In this document: positions 40,785 to 50,897 of the stretch, piece after piece | Layout: every line of letters begins with the position of its first letter | How positions within the stretch are numbered: position 1 is the first letter of the stretch | From: an uncultured Gemmatimonadaceae bacterium | GTDB lineage: Bacteria > Gemmatimonadota > Gemmatimonadetes > Gemmatimonadales > Gemmatimonadaceae | Assembly (NCBI GenBank): GCA_963740355.1 | Contig: CAVUDW010000002.1 | Coordinates: 992,001 to 1,056,000, forward strand | Direction of reading: 5' to 3' | Length of the DNA: 64,000 nt | Notes under the pieces: generated by a model | The model's database searches: none | What the model was told of the DNA's origin: nothing | What the model saw: the letters and a program-made list of their open reading frames with translations, nothing else | Translations under genes and position numbers: made by a program

Positions 40785-42209
40785 TTATAGCATCGGCGAA
40801 AACAGCCGCGCCCCGCCTTCGAACAGCCGCTTCCAGATCGACCGATTCTCCAACGATGCCACCGTGATCTGCCGTGACTTCGTCAGGTCCTGCTCGAACA
40901 TGCGCGCTAGTTCATCGGCGAAATCGTTGCCGTAGCAGATGGCGAGCACTTCGAAGTTGAGGCGCAGGCTGCGGTTATCGACGTTCGCCGTGCCGACGAT
41001 GGCGGCATCGCGATCCACCACCATGGTCTTCGCATGCAACGCTGGCGGGCCATACCCGTGAATGAGCACACCTGCGGCGAGAAACTCGGGGAAGTAGCTG
41101 CGCGCGGCCGCGTCCACGACCGCATGGTCACTGGTGCCGGGTACCAGCACGCGTACGTCCACTCCGCGAAGCGCCGCCGCGATCAGGGCCGCCTGCAGCG
41201 ATTCATCCGGCACGAAATACGGTGTCGAGATCCAGACACGCTGCCGCGCCGTGGCGATGGCCGTGAAGTACACCGCGTGAATCGACTGCGGATGCGCATC
41301 AGGACCCGACGCGCACACCTGTACCAGTTTGTCGCCCTTGCCCGTCAGCGGTGGCAGATATGCCGCACCATCGAGCACGAGACCGGTGGCATACTGCCAA
41401 TCCTCGAGAAACGCGAGCGCCAGCGGCGCCACCGCATCGCCAACCAGTTTCACCTGCGTGTCACGCCAACCCTTCTCCACGCCCACCACCGACTCGTCGT
41501 GGCAGTCGTCGATGTTCATGCCGCCGGTGAATCCGGTCGTGCCGTCGCAGATCACGATCTTGCGATGGGTGCGGAAGTTCACGAATCCGGGCCGCATCTT
41601 CGGTCCGAACCGCGCAATCTCGACGCCGGCGTCGCGAAGCGGCTGCAAGTAGCCGCCCAGCCGCGACGTACCAAGTCCATCAAGCAGCAGGCGCACCTGT
41701 ACGCCGGCGTTTGCGCGCTCGATCAGTGCCGCACGAATGCGTTTCGCGACGACGCCGTCGTTCAGGATGTAGTACTCCAGATGAACATGATTCGTCGCGG
41801 CCGCTATCGACTCGATGATCGCGTCGTAGGCGTGACTGCCAAGATCGTAGAGCTGCACCTCGGTGGCGGGTAGCGGGGGCGATTGCTCCGTACCTGCAGC
41901 AACGGCCGCCAGTCGCGCGCCGGCGTGCCCGAGTGTGTCGGCAGCGGAATTCCGGTTCGGCGCAGCCCCTCCAGCCTTCGCGCGCTTTGCCGTGCGAGCC
42001 ATTACGCGACGGCGGCGCTTGCGATCAAGTCGGCGTGGTCCGAGAAAGTAGTACACCAGAAAGCCGAGCACCGGGAGATACGCAAGGCCGATGATCCACG
42101 CGAGTGTGGCCAGCGGCGGTCGGCGCTCGAGCATGATGTAGCCTGACATGGCGATCACCCACGCGACTTCGACCGCGATCACCCAAGCGGGGAGATGGAG
42201 TAAACTCAT
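40785..42209 (-). CDS. cls: Cardiolipin synthase
   Basis: N-terminal TMs; two HKD motifs (HRKIVICD, HAKTMVVD). Confidence 0.93.
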   Translation of the reverse strand: MSLLHLPAWVIAVEVAWVIAMSGYIMLERRPPLATLAWIIGLAYLPVLGFLVYYFLGPRRLDRKRRRRVMARTAKRAKAGGAAPNRNSAADTLGHAGARLAAVAAGTEQSPPLPATEVQLYDLGSHAYDAIIESIAAATNHVHLEYYILNDGVVAKRIRAALIERANAGVQVRLLLDGLGTSRLGGYLQPLRDAGVEIARFGPKMRPGFVNFRTHRKIVICDGTTGFTGGMNIDDCHDESVVGVEKGWRDTQVKLVGDAVAPLALAFLEDWQYATGLVLDGAAYLPPLTGKGDKLVQVCASGPDAHPQSIHAVYFTAIATARQRVWISTPYFVPDESLQAALIAAALRGVDVRVLVPGTSDHAVVDAAARSYFPEFLAAGVLIHGYGPPALHAKTMVVDRDAAIVGTANVDNRSLRLNFEVLAICYGNDFADELARMFEQDLTKSRQITVASLENRSIWKRLFEGGARLFSPML

Positions 42210-43540
42210 GCCCCGAACTCCTGCACGGCCAGGTCCGGACGCAGTGTCTTCGCAAACTCCTCGGGATTGCGCTGGAACCAGCTCGAGAGCAGCAGCAGCT
42301 CGTCAATCTCGTGTGTCGGTACCTGTCGCGTCGGACGGTCCTTGGCGTTGAAGACTCGGCGACTCCACTCCGCAAACTCGAGTCTTTCGCGATGCGTCGT
42401 CGGCAACTTGAGATCGGCGCGCACGGTGCCGCGCTTCACGAGATAGATCCGGGTCTCATTTCGGTGCCCGACGACGGGGTAGGCAAACGTCAACGTCTCG
42501 ACGGCGAACCGCAGCTTCTCGAGCTGGATCCGCAACAACTCGAGCCGCTGCAACTTGTCACGCATCTGCGCCGCCCGCTCGAACTCGAGCGCATCACTAT
42601 GCGCCTGCATGCGCGCCTGCAAGTCATCCAGTGGTCCATCGCTGGTGCCGTCGAGGAAGGCGCGGGCGAGTGCCAGCTGCGCGCTGTAGCCGCGCTCCGT
42701 CACCGCCGCCACGCAGGGGCCGAGACACTTGCCGATCTCATGGCGGATACAGCCGGGCGTGCGTGGCGTCGCAACCACGGGCAGTTCTTCCTGATCCCGA
42801 AAATGCATCGGCACATCGTTGCCACAGTCGCGCAGGCCCAGTACGTCACTCAGCTCGCGCAGCGCATCGTTCACGCGTCCCGCGCTCAGGTACGGGCCGA
42901 AGTAGATGCCGCGTTCATCACCCGATGCATCACGCGTCACCATCAGCTTCGGGGCGAGGCCTGGCGTCAGCTTCACGAAGCAGTAGTGCCGCGCGTCACG
43001 TTTCATCATCCAGTTGTAGCGCGGACGCAGCTGCTTGATCAGCCGCAGTTCTCGCACCAACGCGGCAAATTCACTGGGCTGATACTCCCACTCGATCCGC
43101 GCCGCGCGCCAGAGAATCCGCGCCCCCTTGTCATGCGGCCACTCGGCGCGGAAATAGCTCATCAGGCGCGTGCGCAGCTGCTTCGACTTCCCCACGTACA
43201 ACACTTCGCCCTCGTTGCCGAGGAAGCGGTAGGTGCCGGGGCGATCCGAGGTGCCGGCTTTCACCAACTCGCGCAAGGCTTCGAGATCGGTGACGGGTTT
43301 CCGCTTACCCTTTCGCTTGCGGGCCGTGGCCGGACCATCACTGGTGTCGTCGAGCGAGATGTCGACGCTGACGCTCATGTCCGCTGGCGGCAGTTCCGAA
43401 CTGGCCGCGGCTCTCGCTGCCTCCAGCTCCGCCAGGGTCACGGCACGCTCGACACTGAGGCGCTCATCACTTCGACCACGCGCCGGGGCGACGCCAAAGA
43501 GCGCGAACAGGTCGCGCTGCGGATGCACCTGCGCACTCAT
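42206..43540 (-). CDS. UvrC N-terminal-type excinuclease (GIY-YIG + Cys cluster + UVR; Cho-like)
   Basis: PGTYRF..LYVGKSK.LR.R..SYF, KCLGPC, LEFERAAQMRD; no RNaseH/HhH domain. Confidence 0.85.
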   Translation of the reverse strand: MSAQVHPQRDLFALFGVAPARGRSDERLSVERAVTLAELEAARAAASSELPPADMSVSVDISLDDTSDGPATARKRKGKRKPVTDLEALRELVKAGTSDRPGTYRFLGNEGEVLYVGKSKQLRTRLMSYFRAEWPHDKGARILWRAARIEWEYQPSEFAALVRELRLIKQLRPRYNWMMKRDARHYCFVKLTPGLAPKLMVTRDASGDERGIYFGPYLSAGRVNDALRELSDVLGLRDCGNDVPMHFRDQEELPVVATPRTPGCIRHEIGKCLGPCVAAVTERGYSAQLALARAFLDGTSDGPLDDLQARMQAHSDALEFERAAQMRDKLQRLELLRIQLEKLRFAVETLTFAYPVVGHRNETRIYLVKRGTVRADLKLPTTHRERLEFAEWSRRVFNAKDRPTRQVPTHEIDELLLLSSWFQRNPEEFAKTLRPDLAVQEFGA

Positions 43541-44370
43541 CCCTGGCACCGCCAGCAGAACACCGTGGTGCGACCATCGATCGCACTGCTGTCCACCAGA
43601 GTGGTGCCACAGCGTCGGCACGGCTCACCACCGCGACCGTAGGCCTGCAAGTGGGGCACGAAGCCGCCCCGGCCGCCGCTGGCGTCCACGTAGTCGCGGA
43701 AGCTGGTGCCGCGGACCGCTATCGATGCCTGCAGCACCTCGCGCAGCGATGACAGCAGCGTCGCCGACTCGGCGTCGGTCAGCGAGGCGGCGGGTCGCGA
43801 CGGATCGACGCAGGCCATCCAGCAGGCCTCGTTTGCGTAGATGTTGCCGACTCCCGCCAGCACCTGCTGATCCATGAGCACCTTCTTGATGGCCTGCCGA
43901 GAGTTCCGAAGAGAACCCGAAAATCGCTCGGCGGTGAGCTCAGGGTCAAGCGGCTCGGGACCGAGCGGTCCGATGTAGCGGGCGAGTTCGGCGTTCGTGA
44001 ACAGTGCGACGGTGCCCAGCCGACGGATGTCGCGGTAGTGCAGTTGCCGGCCGTCGGCGAGCGAGACACTGAGTGTGATGTAGGTGCGATCGCGCGGCGA
44101 GATGTCTGCGGGCGCTGATTCCACCAACAGGGCGCCGGTGAATCGCGGCTGCACGACGATGGCGTCGGTGGAGTCGAGATCGAGGATGATCAGCTTGGCG
44201 CGGCGCCATGCGCGCGTGATGGTGGCGCCATGCAGTCGAGCTACGAACTCGTCGGAGGTGACGCTGCGAAGGACGTCGGAGCGCAGCACGATGGCGCCCG
44301 TGACACGCGATCCCGCCAACATCGCGTCGAGGTCACGCGCGATGGTTTCCGTTTCGGGAAGTTCAGGCAC
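43537..44370 (-). CDS. mutM: Formamidopyrimidine-DNA glycosylase
   Basis: MPELPE, GVGNIYA, C-terminal CRRC..CWRCQ zinc finger. Confidence 0.95.
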   Translation of the reverse strand: MPELPETETIARDLDAMLAGSRVTGAIVLRSDVLRSVTSDEFVARLHGATITRAWRRAKLIILDLDSTDAIVVQPRFTGALLVESAPADISPRDRTYITLSVSLADGRQLHYRDIRRLGTVALFTNAELARYIGPLGPEPLDPELTAERFSGSLRNSRQAIKKVLMDQQVLAGVGNIYANEACWMACVDPSRPAASLTDAESATLLSSLREVLQASIAVRGTSFRDYVDASGGRGGFVPHLQAYGRGGEPCRRCGTTLVDSSAIDGRTTVFCWRCQG

Positions 44371-45669
44371 CGCGGGCGAGCGCGCGCCAGCCGATGTCGC
44401 GGCGGAAGAAGGCGCCAGCGAACCGCACCTGGGACGCGATGGCGGTGCTGCGCTGCTGCGCGTGGGCGAGTGTGGTGCCGGCGGCCGTTGCCGTCAGCAC
44501 GCGGCCGCCACTGGAGACGAGCGCGGCGTCCTGCTGTCTGGTGCCGGCGTGAAAGAGCCACTCACCACCATCGATGGGTGGCAGCGTGATGCTGTCGCCA
44601 GACTGCGGCGTGGCCGGGTATCCGGCGGCGGCGATGACCGTCGTGACGACCGCCTGTGCAGGCGTGAAGACCGGCACTGGCGCGATTGTTTCGCCGCGCG
44701 CGATCTGCAGCATGACACGCACCACTGGCGCGTCGGCGGCGAGTGATGGAAGCACCGCCTGCGTCTCCGGATCCCCGAAGCGGCAGTTGAATTCCACCAC
44801 TCGCGGCCCGGTCGGCGTGAGCATCACACCGCAATAGAGCAATCCCCTGAATGGCGTCCCGCGCTCCCGCATCACGCGCAGCGTTGGCGCGACGATGATG
44901 TCGAGCACCTGCTGAATGCCCGGCGGCAAGCTGCCATCGCGCCAGGTGTAGCTCGGATCGCCGGCATCGGCGGGGCAATACGCACCCATGCCGCCGGTGT
45001 TCGGCCCGATGTCACCTTCGCCGACCCGCTTGTGATCCTGCGCCGCCGGTAGCGGCACCGCCGTCTCGCCATCGGTGAGCACGAACAGCGACAGCTCCTC
45101 GCCGGTCATGAACTCCTCGACCAGCACCTCCGCGCCCGCCGCGCCGAAGACGTTGTCCTCGAGCATCGAGCTGATGGCGTCGTCGGCTTCGTCGAGTGTC
45201 ATCGCGACGACGACCCCTTTACCCGCCGCGAGCCCGACGCCTTGATCACGACCGGAGCGCCGAACTCGCGTGCCGCGGCCTTGGCCGACGCGACGTCGGT
45301 AACCATCGAGGCGCGTGCTGTGGGCACGTTGGCCTCGCGCATGACAGCCTTGGCAAAGGCCTTCGATGTCTCGAGTTGCGCGGCAGCGGCGGTTGGCCCG
45401 AAGACCGCGATGCCGCGTGCGATGCAGGCATCCGCCAGGCCAGCGGCCAGAGGTGCCTCCGGTCCGACGATGATCGCGTCCACCGACTCACGTTCGGCCA
45501 GTGCGACCAGCGCATCGACATCGGCGACGCCCACAGGCACACAGGTCGCCAGCTGCGCGATCCCCGGATTGCCTGGCGCCGCGATGATGGTTGCATCGGG
45601 ATGTTCAAACTTGATGCGCCACGCCAGCGCATGTTCGCGGCCACCGCCGCCGACGAGCAGAAGCTTCAT
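44363..45669 (-). pseudogene. purD: Phosphoribosylamine-glycine ligase, split by a 1-nt deletion (possible sequencing error)
   Basis: GGGGREHAL...IKASG in one frame; LAAGKGV, QDHKR, NTGGMG, EFNCRFGDPE in the next; break at 45233-45235. Confidence 0.9.
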
Positions 45670-45711
45670 GGTGCGGAATTTATCACCCCGCACCATTAGC
45701 CCGGCCTGCGA

Positions 45712-46680
45712 TCAGCTGCCGGCCTTGCGACGGAAGGCGTCAGCGGCGCGCGAGAAGGAATCGCCGACCTTGCCGAACGCCTCCTTCGCCTGCTGGCCGT
45801 AGTAGTCGGCGGCACCGCGCACATCGTCGGCGTACGTCTGCTGCGGGCCCGTACCATCCCGGCGCGGGTATTCGCCAGCGAGGATGCGGGCGTAGGCGCC
45901 AGACGCCACCCAGCGCTGCAGCTCGGCGGCGCGCACGGTATTGAACGGATGTTCGCGCAACGCGGTGTTGATCGCCTTCAGCAACGAGTCCCAGGCGCTC
46001 CCTTCACTCTCGTATTCCGCCGCCTGCTTGAGGAAGGCGTCGAGGTCGGCCTCGTTCGGATTGGTCGAACCGCCGGCGAGATGGAAGAAGGACATCATGG
46101 CGAGGTTCGTGTCCTGCACGGCCAGCAGCGCGGCCCGGTCGCAACTCAGCTCTGCCTTGCGGCTCCACTCCAGCAATGCCAGCTGAAACGGCATCAGCGC
46201 CAACCCGGCGAGGAACGGCAGTGCGCTGAACCCGACGTTGCTCACGATCACGGCAATCGTGCGATACGTCATGTGCCCGCTGGCGATATGCCCGACTTCG
46301 TGCGCGAGGATGAAGCGCACTTCGTCGTCGCTGAGCGCCGACACCGTACCGGTGTTGATGATGATGAACGGCCGTTCGAAGCCGATCGCGCCGGCATTCA
46401 CGAACGGCGTCTGCGTGACGTAGAGATCGGGGATCTCGTGGACGTCGAGCGCGGCGCAGACTTCGCGCAGCATCTGGTGGAGCTTGGGATGCTGCGTGAC
46501 CCCGGTGCGGACAGCGTTGGCGAGGAAGAGGTGCCGCAGTCCGCGCTCACCGAAAAAGCCGGCCACCTTGCGCATGATCTCGTCGAAGCCGGGAAGGGCC
46601 CGCAGCGTGTTGAGCGCCGCGCGGTCTGCAGGGTGCTCCCAGGCGGTGGAGGAGATCTGGGGCAGTGGGGTGACGGGCAT
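45712..46680 (-). CDS. M48 family zinc metallopeptidase
   Basis: HEVGH, SRKAELSCDR, EHP. Confidence 0.9.
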   Translation of the reverse strand: MPVTPLPQISSTAWEHPADRAALNTLRALPGFDEIMRKVAGFFGERGLRHLFLANAVRTGVTQHPKLHQMLREVCAALDVHEIPDLYVTQTPFVNAGAIGFERPFIIINTGTVSALSDDEVRFILAHEVGHIASGHMTYRTIAVIVSNVGFSALPFLAGLALMPFQLALLEWSRKAELSCDRAALLAVQDTNLAMMSFFHLAGGSTNPNEADLDAFLKQAAEYESEGSAWDSLLKAINTALREHPFNTVRAAELQRWVASGAYARILAGEYPRRDGTGPQQTYADDVRGAADYYGQQAKEAFGKVGDSFSRAADAFRRKAGS

Positions 46681-46865
46681 GCGAACCTCGTGGCTCGGGA
46701 AGGGCGGAAGATTGGCCGGGTGTAACACGCAAACAGGCAGTGAAGACCGCCGCTGCCCCCTCCGAGACTCAGCAAGGCAAGGAACAGCCGGGCGTTTCCA
46801 CGGGCGGGCGAAGAGCCCTACGCGTGGACGCGCCCGCCAGTGTCAGTCAGGTGCGACGTCGCGGC

Positions 46866-48035
46866 TCACAGCCCGTGGAGCGCCTGCTCCAGGTCCCCCA
46901 GCAAGTCGTCAGCGTCCTCGACGCCGACGGACAACCGGACAAGCCCTTCCGTGATTCCCAACGCTGCCCGCCGATCCGGCTCCACCGACGCATGCGTCAT
47001 GCTGGCCGGATGACTGATCAGACTTTCGACCCCACCCAGGGACTCGGCAAGGCTGAAGAGTCGCACGCGATCGAGCATCGTCTTGACCCGTTCGCGCGTC
47101 CCCAGCTCGATCGAGATCATGCCGCCGAAGCCCGACATCTGTCGCGCCGCGAGCGCATGCTGCGGATGCGATTCAAGTCCCGCGTAGAGCACCCGCTCAT
47201 GATCCAGCCGGTCGGCCAGCCAGGCGCCGATGCGGCGCCCGTTGCTGTCGTGCGCCTTCATGCGGATGGCGAGGGTCTTGGTGCCACGCAGGCAGAGCCA
47301 GGCGTCGAACGGTCCCGGCACGGCGCCGGCCGCGTTGAGGATGAACTGCAGGCGCGTCGCGATCTCCTCGTTCGAGGTGACCGCGATACCGCCGATCATG
47401 TCGCTATGTCCGTTCAGGTACTTGGTGCTGGAATGCCAGACGATGTCCGCGCCCGTCTCGAGCGGACGCTGAAAGATCGGGGTGGCGAAGGTGTTGTCGA
47501 CGATCGTGAGCGCGCCGGCACGCTTGGCGATCTCGGCCGCGGCCGCGAGATCGGTCAGCCGCATGAGCGGGTTGGTCGGCGTTTCCAGCATCAGCGCGCG
47601 GGTCGCGGGCGTGATGGCGTCGGCGATCCGCTGCGGATCGCGCGTGTCGACGTACGTGAACGTGAGGCCGAACTGCTGCAGCAGCTTGTCGAAGAGACGA
47701 TACGTCCCGCCATACACATTCTCGCCGACGATGATGTGGTCGCCGGACTTGAAGAGCATCATGATGCTGGTCAGGCAGCCCATGCCACTGCCGAACGCGA
47801 ATCCATGCGTCGCACCCTCGAGCGCGGCGACGTTCCGTTCAAGCGCTTCTCGGGTCGGATTCTTTCCCCGAGCGTACTCGTAGCCGCGATGCACGCCAAA
47901 CTCTTCATGGACGTACGTGCTCGTGAGGTACAGGGGCGTCATGATCGCGCCGCTGACGGGGTCAGGTCGCTGGCCGGCGTGAATCGCGCGCGTGGACGGT
48001 CCGTCGCGCAGGTCGGTTTCGAAGATGCGGGTCAT
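46866..48035 (-). CDS. Cystathionine gamma-synthase/lyase family PLP enzyme (MetB/MccB)
   Basis: YARGKNPT, ETPTNP, DNTF, SSTKYLNGHSD, SLGG, RLSVGVE. Confidence 0.93.
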   Translation of the reverse strand: MTRIFETDLRDGPSTRAIHAGQRPDPVSGAIMTPLYLTSTYVHEEFGVHRGYEYARGKNPTREALERNVAALEGATHGFAFGSGMGCLTSIMMLFKSGDHIIVGENVYGGTYRLFDKLLQQFGLTFTYVDTRDPQRIADAITPATRALMLETPTNPLMRLTDLAAAAEIAKRAGALTIVDNTFATPIFQRPLETGADIVWHSSTKYLNGHSDMIGGIAVTSNEEIATRLQFILNAAGAVPGPFDAWLCLRGTKTLAIRMKAHDSNGRRIGAWLADRLDHERVLYAGLESHPQHALAARQMSGFGGMISIELGTRERVKTMLDRVRLFSLAESLGGVESLISHPASMTHASVEPDRRAALGITEGLVRLSVGVEDADDLLGDLEQALHGL

Positions 48036-48109
48036 CGGAGTCGGGAAAGTGTTGACGGGAATCGTAACGGCCGGTCCGACTCGTCGCACGATGGCCCATG
48101 GGACGCCGC

Positions 48110-49213
48110 ATGAGCGCCATCCTGGCACAGGACTTCTCGGCGACTGCCGGCCTCGATCCCTTCTCCACGGCCAGCATCCCGCGCTGCCTGGTGGTCGACG
48201 ACGAGCCCCGACTGCGCCAGATCCTGGTGCGTGTGATGCGCGCCGACGGATTCATCGTGGACGAGGCGAGCAATGGCTATGAGGCGGTGGCGCAGATGGA
48301 GGCGCACCCGTCCACGCTGATCCTTACCGACATCGAGATGCCGAAGATGGATGGCTTTTCGCTGCTCCGCGAACTGCGGTCGCGCTGGCCCGACGCGGCG
48401 GTGATGATGATCAGCGGCAATGGCGACGTGCAAACGGCCGTCAGCTGCCTTTCGGTCGGCGCCCTCGACTACCTCACCAAGCCGTTCCACCTCGAAGAAG
48501 TCCGCGCCCGCATCACCTCGGTGCTCGAACGTCGTCGCCTCGTGCTCGAGAACCGCGAGTACCAGACGCGCCTCGAACAGAAAGTGCAGGCGCAGGCCCG
48601 TCGCATCGAACAGCAGTTCCTTGGCGGCGTGCAGGCGCTGGCCGAAGCACTGGAAGCGAAGGACCCCTACACACACGGCCACAGTGTGCGCGTCAGCCAG
48701 TACGCCACGGCCATCGCACGTCAGCTCGGCCTGCCGCAAAACGTGATTCGCGCCGTCACGCTCGGCGGACGACTGCACGACATCGGCAAGATCGGCGTGC
48801 GCGAGGAGATCCTCACCAAGCCGGCGCGCCTCTCACCGGAAGAGTACGCACACGTCATGACGCACCCCATCGTGGGGTGGCGTATCCTGTCCGCGATGGT
48901 GATCGATCAGCCGGAGCTCCTCAACATCGTGCGCTCGCACCACGAGCGGATCGACGGTGCCGGCCTGCCTGATGGGCTGATGGGTGACGACATCCCGCTC
49001 GAGGCCCGCATCGTATCGGTCGCCGACAGCTTCGACGCCATGACCAGCGGCCGGCGTTACCGTGATGACGGCGGGAAGATGCTGCCCGATGCGCTGAACG
49101 AATTGCGTCGCTGTGCCGGCACACAGTTTGACACAGACTGTGTCAATGCGTTTCTCCAGGCGATCGACAGCGGCGATGTGTCGGTCCTTCCGCGCACCGA
49201 CCTGCCGCCCTGA
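48110..49213 (+). CDS. Receiver + HD-GYP c-di-GMP phosphodiesterase (RpfG-like)
   Basis: VVDD receiver domain; HSVRV, LHDIGKIG, HHERIDGAGLP. Confidence 0.9.
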   Translation: MSAILAQDFSATAGLDPFSTASIPRCLVVDDEPRLRQILVRVMRADGFIVDEASNGYEAVAQMEAHPSTLILTDIEMPKMDGFSLLRELRSRWPDAAVMMISGNGDVQTAVSCLSVGALDYLTKPFHLEEVRARITSVLERRRLVLENREYQTRLEQKVQAQARRIEQQFLGGVQALAEALEAKDPYTHGHSVRVSQYATAIARQLGLPQNVIRAVTLGGRLHDIGKIGVREEILTKPARLSPEEYAHVMTHPIVGWRILSAMVIDQPELLNIVRSHHERIDGAGLPDGLMGDDIPLEARIVSVADSFDAMTSGRRYRDDGGKMLPDALNELRRCAGTQFDTDCVNAFLQAIDSGDVSVLPRTDLPP

Positions 49214-49234
49214 TCGCGCGGCAGGCCACGGTCG

Positions 49235-50665
49235 TCAGGCAACGATCTTGATGTGGTTCGGCTGCTTGTACGACGCGAGGTTCGCGTCGCACCACGCCTT
49301 CACGCCCGCCTCGTCGACCGTGCCGTGCACCGTCACCTCGATCTCGTTTTCCTTCGTCGGTTCGGGCAGTCCGCTGACCTCGACATGGGTCACCCCCGGC
49401 ATCGCGCCGATCACGCGAATCAGCTCGGCGGGATAGATGTTGAAGCCGTTGCGTGTGAACATCGGCTTGATCAGCCCCTCGAACGTGACATAGCCATCGC
49501 CGTCGATGCTGCCCTGGTCGCCGGTATGCAGCCAGCCGTCCACGCGCCGTAGCCCACGTTCATTGCCCGACACGTAGCCTGGTCCCACCAGTGCGCCACG
49601 CACACAGATCTCGCCGCTGGTCCCGACCGGCAGTTCCACACTGGTGTTCGGGTTGCGGATCGTCACCTCGGCGCCTGGATAGGCAGTGCCAAGCGTCCCG
49701 ACGCGATTCGGCGCGTCGACGCGGTTGAAGAGGCAGACCGGCGAGGCTTCGGTCAGGCCATAACCCTGCCGCAGGGCGCATCCAGTGGCCGTCTCCCACT
49801 TACGCTGTACCCATACCGGCAATGCTGCGCCGCCGCAGATGCAGACGCGCAACCCAGGCACATCGATCGTGCCGCCGCGTCGTTCGATGGCGGTCAGCAT
49901 GCCAATGAATACCGCCGGTACACCTACGAACACGGTGATGGCGCCATCGACGAGTGCGTCGACGGCCTTCATCGGATTGAAGCGCGACATCGTGGTCACA
50001 CGTGCGCCGGCCAACAGTGGAGCGGTGAGCGTGACGGTCATGCCGAAGAGGTGGCTATACGGCAGCACGGCCAACACGTGATCCGCAGCGGTCATGCCCG
50101 CCGCCTGAATCGTGGCGCGGCCGTTGTCGATCAGCCCGTGATGCGTGAGGATCGCGCCGAGCGCGCTGCCTTCCATCGCCGAGGTGTAGACCACTGCCGC
50201 TTCGTCATCGCTGCCATCGACGTCTTCATCACCTTCGAGCTCGAGCCCGATGTGTGATCCAAGGTCGATGGTACTGAGCGCGCCACCGATCAACACAGCC
50301 GCATGCGCCGGCGCGTCATCGAGCAGCACCTGCGGGATGGATGTCGGGAGTTTCTTCGCCAGCGCCGCGATCGTGAATACGGCACCGACGTTGGCGTCCT
50401 CGAGCTGATAGGCGAGCTCCGATGGGGCTGCCAGCGGATTCAGCAGCACGCCGCCGCGGCCGTCGCTCGCCGCCAGTGCCGTCAGGAACTGTGGCGATGT
50501 GGGAAGCAGGATCCCGGCACGTTTGCCGTAGAGTGCGCGCGCAATTGGCGCGCTCCGCTGCAAAAGCGTCAGCCCGGCCGCAACGAGTTGCGCCGCGGGC
50601 ATGTCGTCGAGCGAGCCACCGTGCGCGGCCATGGCGAGCGGTAGCACGCCCAGTGGATTGCTCAT
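49235..50665 (-). CDS. AMP-binding (acyl-CoA ligase-like) protein with degenerate P-loop
   Basis: LPYSHLFG, GYGLTE, GEICVRG, HTGD, YKQP; A3 motif reads YTSAMEGSALG. Confidence 0.85.
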   Translation of the reverse strand: MSNPLGVLPLAMAAHGGSLDDMPAAQLVAAGLTLLQRSAPIARALYGKRAGILLPTSPQFLTALAASDGRGGVLLNPLAAPSELAYQLEDANVGAVFTIAALAKKLPTSIPQVLLDDAPAHAAVLIGGALSTIDLGSHIGLELEGDEDVDGSDDEAAVVYTSAMEGSALGAILTHHGLIDNGRATIQAAGMTAADHVLAVLPYSHLFGMTVTLTAPLLAGARVTTMSRFNPMKAVDALVDGAITVFVGVPAVFIGMLTAIERRGGTIDVPGLRVCICGGAALPVWVQRKWETATGCALRQGYGLTEASPVCLFNRVDAPNRVGTLGTAYPGAEVTIRNPNTSVELPVGTSGEICVRGALVGPGYVSGNERGLRRVDGWLHTGDQGSIDGDGYVTFEGLIKPMFTRNGFNIYPAELIRVIGAMPGVTHVEVSGLPEPTKENEIEVTVHGTVDEAGVKAWCDANLASYKQPNHIKIVA

Positions 50666-50897
50666 GCGTCGATTCCCGGCGAAGTTTCAGGTCTTATAGC
50701 AAACGTCCTATCTCAATCGTCGGCGCGGAACGTAGTCCGGATCCGTGACGGGTCACAGCGCAGGGGCGTCTCCGAACGCGCCAACCTCCAACGAGCGGGC
50801 TCGCCCACGCGAGTCTCCTCGTTTCGACGCTGGCTTGCACCGCGACACCCGACGGACGCCTCACGAGCGTCCGGATACACCCACCCAATCGCACTCC

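Noticed and set aside
45199..45245. Programmed frameshift or genuine two-gene purD
   Set aside because: No slippery heptamer at the break, which lies inside the conserved ATP-grasp GLAAGKG loop
46740..48113. 457-aa plus-strand ORF
   Set aside because: Antisense shadow of the cystathionine gamma-synthase/lyase gene
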